Assembly (NCBI GenBank): GCA_030019415.1
Contig: JASEEX010000002.1
Span: 3,823-67,822, forward strand
Direction of reading: 5' to 3'
Origin: Thermodesulfovibrionales bacterium
Lineage (GTDB): Bacteria > Nitrospirota > Thermodesulfovibrionia > Thermodesulfovibrionales > SM23-35
Length of the DNA: 64,000 nucleotides
Numbering within the stretch: the stretch's first letter is position 1; each line of letters begins with the position of its first letter. The translations under genes were made by a program, and so were the position numbers. Shown piece after piece: positions 29,246 to 38,043 of the stretch. The notes under the pieces are model-generated. The model worked only from the letters and a program-made list of their open reading frames with translations, searched no databases and was not told the DNA's origin.

Positions 29246-29989
29246 ATGATCGAAATTATTGACCTCCACAAATCCTTTGATAGCCAGAAGGTCCTTAACG
29301 GTGTGAATTTAAAAATCGCTGATAAAGAAGTGATAACCATAATGGGAAAGAGCGGATGTGGCAAGAGTGTGTTAATAAAACACATTATCGGTCTTCTCAT
29401 GCCCGATAGGGGAAGTGTATTGATTAACGGAGTAGACATTACAAGGCTTGACCTGAAGGAACTTGATAAGATAAGGGAGAAATTGGGTGTGCTTTTTCAG
29501 GGAGGGGCATTATTTGATTCTCTCACTGTATATGGGAATGTCGCCTTCCCTTTGAGTGAAAAGACAAAACTCAGCAAGAGTGGGATTCAGGATAGAGTCA
29601 TACAGGCATTGGAGGATGTGGGGCTTAAAGGTATGGAGAAGAAGTACCCTGCGGAGTTGAGCGGTGGCATGAAAAAGAGGGTTGCCCTTGCAAGGGCACT
29701 TATTACAGAGCCGTCCATAGTGCTTTTTGATGAGCCAACCACAGGCCTTGATCCCATTATTACAAGTTCCATACATATACTTATAAAGGCCACCCATGAA
29801 AAATATGGTTATACTGGTGTGGTAGTAAGCCATGAGGTTCCGGAGATTTTTGAGATTACTGACAGGGTTGCCATGTTGCACAATGGTGTTATAGTAGAGG
29901 TTGGTATACCAGAGGAGATTCAAAATTCTACAAATCCAGTAGTCAGGCAGTTTATAACAGGAAGCCATGAAGGCCCTATAGAAGTTTAA
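29246..29989 (+). CDS. mlaF: MlaF-family ABC ATPase
   Basis: Walker A GKSGCGKS, signature LSGGMKKRVALARAL, Walker B IVLFDEPTTGLD. Confidence 0.8.
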   Translation: MIEIIDLHKSFDSQKVLNGVNLKIADKEVITIMGKSGCGKSVLIKHIIGLLMPDRGSVLINGVDITRLDLKELDKIREKLGVLFQGGALFDSLTVYGNVAFPLSEKTKLSKSGIQDRVIQALEDVGLKGMEKKYPAELSGGMKKRVALARALITEPSIVLFDEPTTGLDPIITSSIHILIKATHEKYGYTGVVVSHEVPEIFEITDRVAMLHNGVIVEVGIPEEIQNSTNPVVRQFITGSHEGPIEV

Positions 29990-30007
29990 GGCCTTTAGGA
30001 GGTCGAG

Positions 30008-30451
30008 ATGAGAAAAATTAATCTTGAATTGGCTGTGGGTTTCTTCGTGTTAATAGGAATCTTTTGCCTTGGGTATCTATCTATAAAACTCGGCAGGCTT
30101 GAGGTCTTTAGTGAAAAAAGATATATTGTGCATGCGAAATTTGAGAAGGCTGGAGGGATCAAGCCAGGCGCTGTCATTGAAATAGCAGGTGTTGAGGTGG
30201 GGAAGGTGAAGAGGGTTATGCTCGATAAGGACTACCAGGCATCAATCTCCCTTCTTATTGAAAAGGATGTGGAGATTCAGGAGGATGCTATAGCATCCAT
30301 AAAAACCAAAGGGCTCATAGGAGAAAAATATATACTGATAACACCTGGAGGGTCGGATAAGACCATACCCGATGGTGGAGTGTTAAGAGAAACAGAATCT
30401 GCTGTCGATTTAGAGGAAATAATCGGAAAGTTTGTTTTCGGAGGGGTTTAG
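30008..30451 (+). CDS. mlaD: MlaD / MCE-domain protein
   Basis: N-terminal TM helix followed by an MCE fold (GIKPGAVIEIAGVEVGKV ... GLIGEKYI). Confidence 0.75.
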   Translation: MRKINLELAVGFFVLIGIFCLGYLSIKLGRLEVFSEKRYIVHAKFEKAGGIKPGAVIEIAGVEVGKVKRVMLDKDYQASISLLIEKDVEIQEDAIASIKTKGLIGEKYILITPGGSDKTIPDGGVLRETESAVDLEEIIGKFVFGGV

Positions 30452-30460
30452 GAGGGAATT

Positions 30461-31900
30461 ATGAACAAACAGGATTCAGGATACAGGATTCAGGATTCAG
30501 GATTAAGGGAGGGGCTGTTTATTATCTTGTTTACTGTTTACTGTCTACTGTTTACTGTCTATTTATCTTCCACACCTGCATATGGTCAGGACAACACCCA
30601 GAAAAAAGATAATCAGAAAATTGTATTAAATCTCGAGCAGTGCATAAAAAAGGCAATTGAGATAAGTCCAGAGATAGGAGAGTCCCGGTATGAGGAAGAG
30701 GTATACAAGTCAAAGAAGCTACAGGCAGATTCAGCGGTCTATCCACAGATAGAAGTCCTTGCCTTGACAGGCCCTTCTCCGAGGGCAAGGGGGGATCAGT
30801 TAGACTCTCCAGATGACTCTACAAGGCCCACCATTAACGGAATCTTTGGTATTGCTGAAGTAACTTTAACTCAGCCTATATATACCTTCGGCAAGATAAG
30901 CAGTTATAAAGAGGCTGCTTTAAGTGGTATAAAAGTAGCAAAGGCAGGTGTAGAGAAAAAGACCTCAGATATTATTTTGAGAACAAAAGAACTCTACTGG
31001 AGCCTCCTCCTTACCAGGGATATTAAAAATCTTGTCCTGGAGATAAAGGACGAATTTGTTACATCCATAGAAAAGGCAGAAAGGCAGCTCGAGGCAGGTT
31101 CTCCATGGGCAGATGAACTGAATCTTTTCAAATTGAGGGCATTCTTAGGCGAGGTTGAGAGGAATCTCAATGAGGCTGAAAAGAGCGAGGCCCTTGCGAA
31201 GAACGCCCTCATGACCAGCCTCGGACTTCCGAAAGGAACAGAGTTTGATATTGCAGAGGCATCTTTATCCCCTGAAGATAAGATGCCTGAAGATATAAAA
31301 AATTACTTAAAAAATGCAACGGAACTGAGACCTGAATTCATCCAGCTCAAGGAGGGCCTGAATGCCAAAAAAGCCCTTCTTGATGCAGAAAAAAGCAATT
31401 TCTATCCTCAGCTTTTTATTGGTTTATCGGGATCTATAGCAGATGCATCAAACAGGAACCGGGTGGAAAACCCCTTTATTTATGACTATTTCAGCCATGT
31501 CTATGGCGCTGCATATCTGGGACTTAAATGGTCTGTTGATTTTGGGATAACACAGGGAAAGGTTAAGGAGGCAGAGGCCGAGTATTATAAATTATTAGAG
31601 AAAAAGAGATTTGCTGATGAGGCAATCCCTCTGCAGGTGAGAAAGGCATATCTTGAATTAGAAGAGGCAAGGAAGAGTATTCCAGAAATGGAGAAGGCTT
31701 ACAAAAATGCAAGAAAATGGCTCGTTGCAGCAATTGCAAACTTCGACCTTGGCATTGGTGAGGCAAAGGAAATAGCTGATGCTGTAACGGCCTATGCCCA
31801 GATGAAGGTAAATTATCTCCGCACTGTGTACAACCATAGAATGTCCTTTGCAAATTTATCTTATGCAACAGGTATAGATATTAAAGAAGTAAAGTCGTAG
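30461..31900 (+). CDS. TolC-family outer-membrane protein
   Basis: 479 aa with a signal peptide and duplicated OEP-type coiled/beta repeats. It is embedded in the mla operon. AGGAGGG lies before the ATG. Confidence 0.75.
   Translation: MNKQDSGYRIQDSGLREGLFIILFTVYCLLFTVYLSSTPAYGQDNTQKKDNQKIVLNLEQCIKKAIEISPEIGESRYEEEVYKSKKLQADSAVYPQIEVLALTGPSPRARGDQLDSPDDSTRPTINGIFGIAEVTLTQPIYTFGKISSYKEAALSGIKVAKAGVEKKTSDIILRTKELYWSLLLTRDIKNLVLEIKDEFVTSIEKAERQLEAGSPWADELNLFKLRAFLGEVERNLNEAEKSEALAKNALMTSLGLPKGTEFDIAEASLSPEDKMPEDIKNYLKNATELRPEFIQLKEGLNAKKALLDAEKSNFYPQLFIGLSGSIADASNRNRVENPFIYDYFSHVYGAAYLGLKWSVDFGITQGKVKEAEAEYYKLLEKKRFADEAIPLQVRKAYLELEEARKSIPEMEKAYKNARKWLVAAIANFDLGIGEAKEIADAVTAYAQMKVNYLRTVYNHRMSFANLSYATGIDIKEVKS
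30470..30504. repeat. Tandem 7-nt array CAGGATT x5 (N-region of the TolC-like signal peptide)
   Basis: caggatt caggata caggatt caggatt caggatt. It encodes QDSGYRIQDSGL. Confidence 0.9.
30530..30564. repeat. Tandem 7-nt array TTTACTG x5 (H-region of the TolC-like signal peptide)
   Basis: tttactg tttactg tctactg tttactg tctattt. It encodes FTVYCLLFTVYL. Confidence 0.9.
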
Positions 31901-31908
31901 GAGGTTTT

Positions 31909-32649
31909 ATGAAAGGAATTCGAGATTCAAGATTCATCCTGTATCATTTGTCATTTTTACTGTTTACCCTGTTAGAAAATGCCCTGCGGCTTGCCACGGG
32001 GTTATTCCTTATTTTACGAACACGGGGTTTAATGCCCCGTGTGAGTTTTCTAACGGGGTTTACTGTTTACTGTTTACTGTTTACTGTTCCTATAGCATAT
32101 GCTGGAGAGCCAACATATCAGGTGAAGCAAACCATTGATGGTGTTCTTGACATTTTAAAGAACAAAGAACTAAAAAAGCCTGAAAAGACAAAAGAAAGGA
32201 GGGCATTGATACGCAAAGTTGTTGGAAATAGATTTGATTTTGAGGAGATGTCAAAAAGGTCCCTCGCCCTTCACTGGCGAGCAAGGTCATCAGAGGAAAA
32301 AAGGGAGTTCGTAGCATTATATAGCGATCTTCTTGAGAGATCCTATATTAAAAAGATTGAAGGCTATGAAGATGAACAGATCTTATATACAGGGGAAACT
32401 ATTGATGGTGACTATGCAGTCGTAAAAACCAAAATAATCACTAAAAGGAATGTTGAGATACCAATAGAATATAGACTAATGAAGAAAAATGCCAAATTTG
32501 AAGTATATGATGTGGTAATAGAGGGTGTGAGTCTTGTGAATAATTATAGAAATCAATTCAACAGGATTATTCGAACCAGCTCATATGCGGAACTCCTCAG
32601 GAGGATGAAGAGTAAACAGGAAGAAGAACTTTTTGTGGAAACCCATTAA
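31909..32649 (+). CDS. mlaC: MlaC / Ttg2D-family periplasmic lipid-binding protein
   Basis: The mature part (from YQVKQTIDGVLDIL to VIEGVSLVNNYRNQFNRII) is typical MlaC. The ATG at 31909 has AGGAGG upstream. The 5' 180 nt is made of a MITE plus heptamers, so the true start and leader are uncertain. Confidence 0.7.
   Translation: MKGIRDSRFILYHLSFLLFTLLENALRLATGLFLILRTRGLMPRVSFLTGFTVYCLLFTVPIAYAGEPTYQVKQTIDGVLDILKNKELKKPEKTKERRALIRKVVGNRFDFEEMSKRSLALHWRARSSEEKREFVALYSDLLERSYIKKIEGYEDEQILYTGETIDGDYAVVKTKIITKRNVEIPIEYRLMKKNAKFEVYDVVIEGVSLVNNYRNQFNRIIRTSSYAELLRRMKSKQEEELFVETH
31962..32063. mobile_element. MITE-like element, family A (TTAGAAA-type termini), inside the mlaC 5' region
   Basis: The termini gtttaccctgttagaaaa and ttttctaacggggtttac are inverted repeats. 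An internal hairpin reads acacggggtttaatgccccgtgt. TTTACTG units flank the element (1 on the left, 4 on the right). Confidence 0.75.
32059..32086. repeat. Tandem 7-nt array TTTACTG x4 (H-region of the MlaC signal peptide)
   Basis: tttactg x4 encodes FTVYCLLFTV, followed by PIAYA-GEP. A fifth unit lies at 31956-31962 on the other side of the MITE. Confidence 0.9.
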
Positions 32650-32703
32650 GGGTTAAATTACGAAAGGTTATCATGAATACAAAAATTATAAAATATCAAG
32701 CAT

Positions 32704-32801
32704 GGGAGTGTATGGGGTTCTGGTGTCCCCCCTGGACTTCAAATCCAGTGTTTCCTGCCAAAATCGGGAAGGGTGGGTTCGATTCCCACACACTCCCGCC
32801 A
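32704..32801 (+). tRNA. selC: tRNA-Sec (anticodon UCA)
   Basis: 8-bp acceptor stem gggagtgt/acactccc, anticodon stem ctgga/tccag with loop cTTCAaa (anticodon TCA). It has a long variable arm, T arm gtggg-ttcgatt-cccac, discriminator g and an encoded CCA. Total 98 nt. Confidence 0.9.
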
Positions 32802-32852
32802 GAAAGTCCTGAACTTACAGGAGTTGGTCTCAAAACACTTTCCATGGATATT

Positions 32853-33386
32853 TTATTCTTTGCTATCTATGTAATCGAAGACCTCCATCAAGCTAGGAAA
32901 CAGAGGATGATTTAAACCGTCATTCCACGGATGTAGAAGGCCGGACCGAAGGATACCAGATTGAAAAGCCTTTTCCAACACCTCAGGGCTGTCATCTATT
33001 ACAGCATAAGAATTTTTAAAAAGAATAGATTTTTCATACCCGATATAAACGTCATCAAACGGCAATTCCCATTTACTCAACCATCTTACCGTTACATCCA
33101 TCGCTTCTTTATCTCTGTGGCTGGCTATAATGATCCAGAAACCTTTTTCTTTCAGGGCAGTCAGAAACGATTTTGAGTCTGGATAGGGCAGAAACTTATC
33201 CTGCTGGATGTGAATCTCTCTTACGGCCTTATAGAACTGGTTATCAGCAAGATACTGCTTCCAGAATGTCCATTCGTTCCACTTTGAAGGAGATGGGAAA
33301 TCGGAATTAACGCCTCTGAGCTGTTTCCACAGGGCTGTTGCAAAATCCCAAAGGGTATTGTCAATATCCACTATAATTTTTTGCAT
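32853..33386 (-). CDS. HAD-superfamily hydrolase (5'(3')-deoxyribonucleotidase-like)
   Basis: HAD motif I IVDIDNTLWD and later IIIASHR ... VIDDSP. The subfamily call is tentative. Confidence 0.5.
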   Translation of the reverse strand: MQKIIVDIDNTLWDFATALWKQLRGVNSDFPSPSKWNEWTFWKQYLADNQFYKAVREIHIQQDKFLPYPDSKSFLTALKEKGFWIIIASHRDKEAMDVTVRWLSKWELPFDDVYIGYEKSILFKNSYAVIDDSPEVLEKAFQSGILRSGLLHPWNDGLNHPLFPSLMEVFDYIDSKE

Positions 33387-33532
33387 CTCTTTGTCCTTGT
33401 AGATATCGGTAAGATTATAGCAAATTCATCCTTGACATTGAGGATACCTCTTTCCAGGCTCGAGCCAGATACACAGTCCCTTTTGCTGCACGGTTTATGT
33501 CTTTCACTCAACCGATTCATTAACTCCTTTGG

Positions 33533-33541
33533 TGGTATAAT
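33533..33541 (+). promoter_or_regulatory. Candidate extended -10 promoter element (TGgTATAAT) for the UPF0016 gene
   Basis: tggtataat lies 61 nt upstream of the ATG at 33602. There is no clear -35 element. Confidence 0.3.
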
Positions 33542-33601
33542 GGTTATGGTAATATCAGGTTATACCTGGGATACTCGAAAAAAGTTACTGAACCCCTGAA
33601 C

Positions 33602-34153
33602 ATGTTAGAAGATATATTGATCCCCCTATTTGCAGTGGGTTTAGCGGAAATAGGTGATAAAACTCAGTTATCCCTCTTACTTTTATCCGCAAAAACAAAA
33701 AAACATCTGCAGCTATTATCAGGTGCCCTGCTCGCTTTCTTAATAGTGGATGGAATTGCTATTTTATTCTGTTCATATATTGCAAATCTTTTACCCATCA
33801 AATTGTTAAAAATCTTTTCAGGAATCGTATTCATAATTCTCGGTGTGCTGATATTAAGAGAGAACGAAGGGAAAGCGGAAAGTAAATCATTTTTCAAGAA
33901 TTCATTTATTTCAGGATTTGTATTGATTTTTATGACAGAGTGGGGAGATAAGACACAGATTGCATCAGGCCTATTCGTAACTAAATACAATGCCCTGATG
34001 GTTTTAACCGGTACCATGATAGCCTTGACCCTGCTATCTCTTATGGCTATCTATTCAGGCAAATTTATTTCAAAAAAGATTGATAAAAAGGTAACGGCAA
34101 AAATTGCTGGAATCGTATTTATATTAACAGGTATATCATTCCTTTTAATATAG
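33602..34153 (+). CDS. UPF0016 (GDT1/TMEM165) family cation (Mn2+/Ca2+) transporter
   Basis: It carries two copies of the E-x-G-D-K-T motif (LAEIGDKTQL and TEWGDKTQI) in a 6-TM, 183-aa protein. Confidence 0.75.
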   Translation: MLEDILIPLFAVGLAEIGDKTQLSLLLLSAKTKKHLQLLSGALLAFLIVDGIAILFCSYIANLLPIKLLKIFSGIVFIILGVLILRENEGKAESKSFFKNSFISGFVLIFMTEWGDKTQIASGLFVTKYNALMVLTGTMIALTLLSLMAIYSGKFISKKIDKKVTAKIAGIVFILTGISFLLI

Positions 34154-34196
34154 AGGTGAAAGGTTACCTCTGGCTGAAAAGTCTGTTAATGTACCT

Positions 34197-35609
34197 TTAA
34201 CTATCTGATAAGGCTGAGCTTATTCCCTTCACAAGGCCCTCTAAATCTACATCCCTTACGGTTCTTACATCAATTATCAGGAAGCCCTCTTTTATCCTTG
34301 CAATAATCGGTGGGTTGCCTTTTCTCAATCTTTCCTCAAACTCATTAACAGAGATTTTATCGGATTTTATTGAGACTATACATGTTGGAAGATCTACCTC
34401 TGGCAGCGCCCCTCCACCAGCCCTTGATGAATCCGCCATGACCTCAATATGGGCATCTTTTATTTCTTTCTTTAATTTTTTAGCTATCCTATTTGCTCGC
34501 CTTCTTATCTCTTCAGGTTTCTGCAGTAGCATCCTGAGTGTCGGGATATTCTTAATCGCCTTCTCTTCTTCGATGTATTCCATTAGTGTTGCTTCAAATC
34601 CGGCAAGGGTAAGCTTATCTATCCTCAAAGCCCTTGTTAGGGGATTTTTCTGAATCTTTTCTATATATTCTCTTTTCCCCACAATTACACCGCCCTGAGG
34701 GCCACCTAAAAGCTTGTCACCGCTGAAGGTAGTTATATCAACTCCAGTTCTCACGATGTCCTCAACTACAGGTTCGCCAAAGATGCCGAAAGGCTTTAAA
34801 TCTACGAGGCATCCGCTCCCGAGGTCGAACATCACGGGGATCTGATACCTCCTGCCGAGACTTGCAAGGTCTTCTATCGAGACTTCCTCGGCGAACCCCA
34901 TAACCCTGAAATTGGATTTGTGGACCTTTAAGATGAGGGCTGTATCTTCATTTATCGCCCTTTCATAGTCGTAAAGATGGGTTTTGTTTGTCGTCCCGAC
35001 CTCACGGAGTATTGCGCCACTTGCTGCCATTACCTCAGGCATCCTGAAGGAACCTCCTATCTCAACGAGTTCACCCCTTGAAACAATCACCTCTTTTCCT
35101 TTTGCCAATGTATTAAGACAGAGCAGGACTGCTGCAGCATTGTTGTTGACAACAAGTGCCTCCTCTGCACCCGTAACCTCTCTAAGGATTCTTCTGACAT
35201 GAATATACCTCTTACCCCTTTTCCCTCCTTTAAGGTCATATTCCAGATTGGAATAACTCCCAGAGACCCGCTTGATGTTTTCGAGAGCCCTTTCAGAAAG
35301 GATAGAACGACCGAGGTTTGTGTGTATTACTACGCCTGTAGCGTTTATGAGGGGATTGAGACTATAAGAGGAGAGCCTTTCGATGATATTTTCTATCTCA
35401 GCCATCATATATTCTTCAGAGAGGCCCGCAGTGAGATCCTCCATGATCTCCTTTCGCCTTAAATCAATCACCTCCCTGATCGCCTGAAGCACATATCTTC
35501 TCGGATAGGTCTTCAGCCACTGCATTCCTTGATTACTCCTCAGGATTTCATCCACAGATGGTAGGCCCGAGAGTAGTTTCTGCTTTTCCTCCATGTCCTT
35601 TTCTAACAT
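34197..35609 (-). CDS. selA: L-seryl-tRNA(Sec) selenium transferase
   Basis: Motifs LPSVDEIL, INATGVVIHTNLGRS, NNNAAAVLL and FSGDKLLGGPQGGVIVG (PLP lysine region). 470 aa. Confidence 0.9.
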   Translation of the reverse strand: MLEKDMEEKQKLLSGLPSVDEILRSNQGMQWLKTYPRRYVLQAIREVIDLRRKEIMEDLTAGLSEEYMMAEIENIIERLSSYSLNPLINATGVVIHTNLGRSILSERALENIKRVSGSYSNLEYDLKGGKRGKRYIHVRRILREVTGAEEALVVNNNAAAVLLCLNTLAKGKEVIVSRGELVEIGGSFRMPEVMAASGAILREVGTTNKTHLYDYERAINEDTALILKVHKSNFRVMGFAEEVSIEDLASLGRRYQIPVMFDLGSGCLVDLKPFGIFGEPVVEDIVRTGVDITTFSGDKLLGGPQGGVIVGKREYIEKIQKNPLTRALRIDKLTLAGFEATLMEYIEEEKAIKNIPTLRMLLQKPEEIRRRANRIAKKLKKEIKDAHIEVMADSSRAGGGALPEVDLPTCIVSIKSDKISVNEFEERLRKGNPPIIARIKEGFLIIDVRTVRDVDLEGLVKGISSALSDS

Positions 35610-35627
35610 AGAATCGAAATAAGGTCA

Positions 35628-35687
35628 ATCCCCGCACCAAAAAACTTCTGGTACAGGGGCGTGGCTTTCTGGTGGTGCGGGGTAAAT
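35628..35687. mobile_element. Short MITE-like hairpin, family B (CCCCGCACCA termini)
   Basis: ccccgcacca ... tggtggtgcggggtaaa, in the selA / ferredoxin divergent intergenic region. Confidence 0.6.
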
Positions 35688-35799
35688 ATTTGGTGTGGAA
35701 GGTTTAACAAAAGTTCGATATAATTAAAACATGATTTTTCTTCAGGTACAATGTCTTTTTGTTGTCTGATAGAAGATAAAATCAGGGAGGACGTAATTT

Positions 35800-36210
35800 A
35801 TGAGAATAGCGTTAGATATGGAAAGATGTGTTGGATGTCAGAGCTGCATGTTTGCGTGTGCCAGAAGGCAAAATGAGGTGGGATTGTCCAAAACATGCAT
35901 AAATGTGAAATCTATTGCAGGTATGGAACGAGGTTTTATCGTGGTTGTTTGCAGGGCCTGTAAAAATCCACCCTGTGTAAAGGTGTGCCCTACAGGTGCG
36001 TTGAAATCCAGGTTGGGTGGTGGAGTGCGTCTTGATATTAAAAAATGTATAGGCTGTGGTTATTGCTGTAATGCCTGTCTTATAGGTGCAATCTTCTGGA
36101 GCGACGAAATCAATAAACCAATGATCTGTACCCACTGTGGTTATTGCGTTAATTTCTGTCCTTATGGAGTGTTGAGATTAGAAAAAAAGGGAGGCGAAAA
36201 AAATGCTTAG
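35800..36210 (+). CDS. 4Fe-4S ferredoxin-type protein (AOR partner)
   Basis: Several CxxCxxCxxxC(P) clusters: CVGCQSCMFAC, CRACKNPPCVKVCP, CIGCGYCCNAC, CTHCGYCVNFCP. It overlaps the aor start by 8 nt. Confidence 0.75.
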   Translation: MRIALDMERCVGCQSCMFACARRQNEVGLSKTCINVKSIAGMERGFIVVVCRACKNPPCVKVCPTGALKSRLGGGVRLDIKKCIGCGYCCNACLIGAIFWSDEINKPMICTHCGYCVNFCPYGVLRLEKKGGEKNA

Positions 36211-37966
36211 AGATGATCCTGTCGCAAATGTCCTTTATGTGGATCTATCAAAGAAAAGCTTCCGGGTAGAGAGAAGGGAAGACATTTTTAGAAAATACAT
36301 AGGTGGTGCCGGTGTTGCTATCCAGCTCCTGCATGAGGAGTGCCCCAGGGATTGTGATGCCCTCGGCCCAGAAAACCCAATTGTTTTTGCCGTAGGACCA
36401 ATGACAGCCTTATTCCCTCTCGCATCGAAAACCGTGGCTATGTTTAAGTCGCCTCACAGCAGAAACTTAGGCGAAAGCCATTGCGGTGGGCGGAGCGCAG
36501 TTGCTATACGTATGGCTGGATACGGAGCTATTTTAGTAAAAGGCGCTTCCGATACACCCCTTTACCTTGCTGTTCACGGCAATCGGGTTTATTTCCGGGA
36601 TGCCTCTTCCGTATGGGGGATAGATACCGTCACGGTCGGCCGTATTATCAGGGAAAATGAGCCTGGAGCGGGATTAAGAACAATTATGAGGATTGGCAAG
36701 GCAGGAGAGAGGCTTGTACCATACTCTTGTGTTACTACAGAAACCTACAGGCATTTTGGCAGGCTGGGCCTTGGGGCGGTCTTTGGAAGTAAAAAGCTCA
36801 AGGCAGTTGTGATCTCTGGCAAACGTTCACTACCTGTAGTAGATATGAAGCAGTATCGGAGGTTATATGATGAGATTTACCAGGCAGTCATAACCACCTC
36901 AGCGATGAAGAAATATCATGAGCTTGGAACGGCTGACAATGTTCTGCCTTTAAATGAGATCGGCGGGCTTCCCACAAAGAATCTCAAGACAGCGAAATTT
37001 GAAAGGGCATCAGAGATTTCTGGTGAAGCATTTGCAGAGAAGTACCTTGGCAGGCGGCTTGCCTGTACTCACTGTCCTGTAGGATGTATACATATAGCAG
37101 CACTTAGGGAGCCTTATGAAGATGAGTCCTATTTTTATAAGACCTCCATGTTTTCTTATGACTATGAACCTATCTATGCCTTAGGTTCCATGTTGGGTGG
37201 ATCTGATACTAAAGGCATGTTAGGGTTAATGCATCAAATAGAGAAACTGGGGCTGGATGTGATGAGTAGTGGGGTAATTCTGGCCTGGGCCACAGAGGCA
37301 CAAGAACGCGGTCTTATCTCTGAAAAAGAAACTGAAGGCATCAGGCTTAACTGGGGAGATTATAGAACCTACATAGACGCTGTAAAACTTCTCGTTGAAC
37401 AACCAAATGAATTTTTCAGGGCCCTCGCTCACGGAGTTAAACATGCAGCCTCCATATACGGCGGAGAGGATTTTGCCTTGTCTTTTGGAGGAAACGAGAT
37501 GCCTGGATATCATACGGGACCCGCAGCACATATAGGTGTTTTGATTGGTGCAAGACACAGCCATCTGGACAATGCCGGCTATAGTATTGATCAGAAGGCC
37601 ATTCTTGCCAAGAAACAGCTTGGTCCTGAGGAACTTGCTAAAGCACTATTAAGTGAGGAGCGTTGGCGTCAGATCCTATCTAGTCTTGTTGTATGTTTCT
37701 TCGCCAGAGGAGTATATCAACCAGATATTGTCTCAAAGGCTCTCAGCGTAACAGGTTTTGATCTTGCTCCAGAGGTCCTCCACCGGATAGGAGAAGAAAT
37801 ACATAAAGAGAAGTACAGGTTCAAGATCAGGGAAGGTTTTTCTCTGGATAACCTTTACCTACCCAAGCGGATCTTTGAGACTCCTTCAGCTTTAGGTAAG
37901 CTGGATGAGAAATTTATTCGAGAGGTAATCGAACATTTTAAGAAGGCGATTTTTGTTGAAAGGTAG
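36203..37966 (+). CDS. aor: Aldehyde:ferredoxin oxidoreductase family (tungstopterin) enzyme
   Basis: The AOR N-terminal domain is followed by the cluster-ligand region (CTHCPVGC) and a typical GLD..S.G segment (KLGLDVMSSG). 587 aa. Confidence 0.85.
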   Translation: MLRDDPVANVLYVDLSKKSFRVERREDIFRKYIGGAGVAIQLLHEECPRDCDALGPENPIVFAVGPMTALFPLASKTVAMFKSPHSRNLGESHCGGRSAVAIRMAGYGAILVKGASDTPLYLAVHGNRVYFRDASSVWGIDTVTVGRIIRENEPGAGLRTIMRIGKAGERLVPYSCVTTETYRHFGRLGLGAVFGSKKLKAVVISGKRSLPVVDMKQYRRLYDEIYQAVITTSAMKKYHELGTADNVLPLNEIGGLPTKNLKTAKFERASEISGEAFAEKYLGRRLACTHCPVGCIHIAALREPYEDESYFYKTSMFSYDYEPIYALGSMLGGSDTKGMLGLMHQIEKLGLDVMSSGVILAWATEAQERGLISEKETEGIRLNWGDYRTYIDAVKLLVEQPNEFFRALAHGVKHAASIYGGEDFALSFGGNEMPGYHTGPAAHIGVLIGARHSHLDNAGYSIDQKAILAKKQLGPEELAKALLSEERWRQILSSLVVCFFARGVYQPDIVSKALSVTGFDLAPEVLHRIGEEIHKEKYRFKIREGFSLDNLYLPKRIFETPSALGKLDEKFIREVIEHFKKAIFVER

Positions 37967-38043
37967 GATGCAGATGACATCCATAAATCATAAGACATCT
38001 TATCTAAAAAGCTTTTAAAAGCTTTATATGGTAAAATAATTTT

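Noticed and set aside
30470-30564. Tandem arrays considered as a possible CRISPR or mini-CRISPR
   Set aside because: The units are 7 nt and directly abutting, with no spacers. The arrays are about 35 nt long and lie inside ORFs, and no cas genes are present. This is not CRISPR.
32673-32915. 80-aa ORF overlapping tRNA-Sec
   Set aside because: It is read straight through the tRNA-Sec gene and the 3' end of the convergent HAD gene. The tRNA cloverleaf explains the sequence.
33387-33601. Possible Mn2+ (yybP-ykoY) riboswitch upstream of the UPF0016 transporter
   Set aside because: That riboswitch class often precedes this transporter family. However, I could not find its conserved GGAGAGUAG / GGGGAGUAG-type cores. 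Only a 7-bp hairpin (ggtataa...ttatacc) and an extended -10 element are present.
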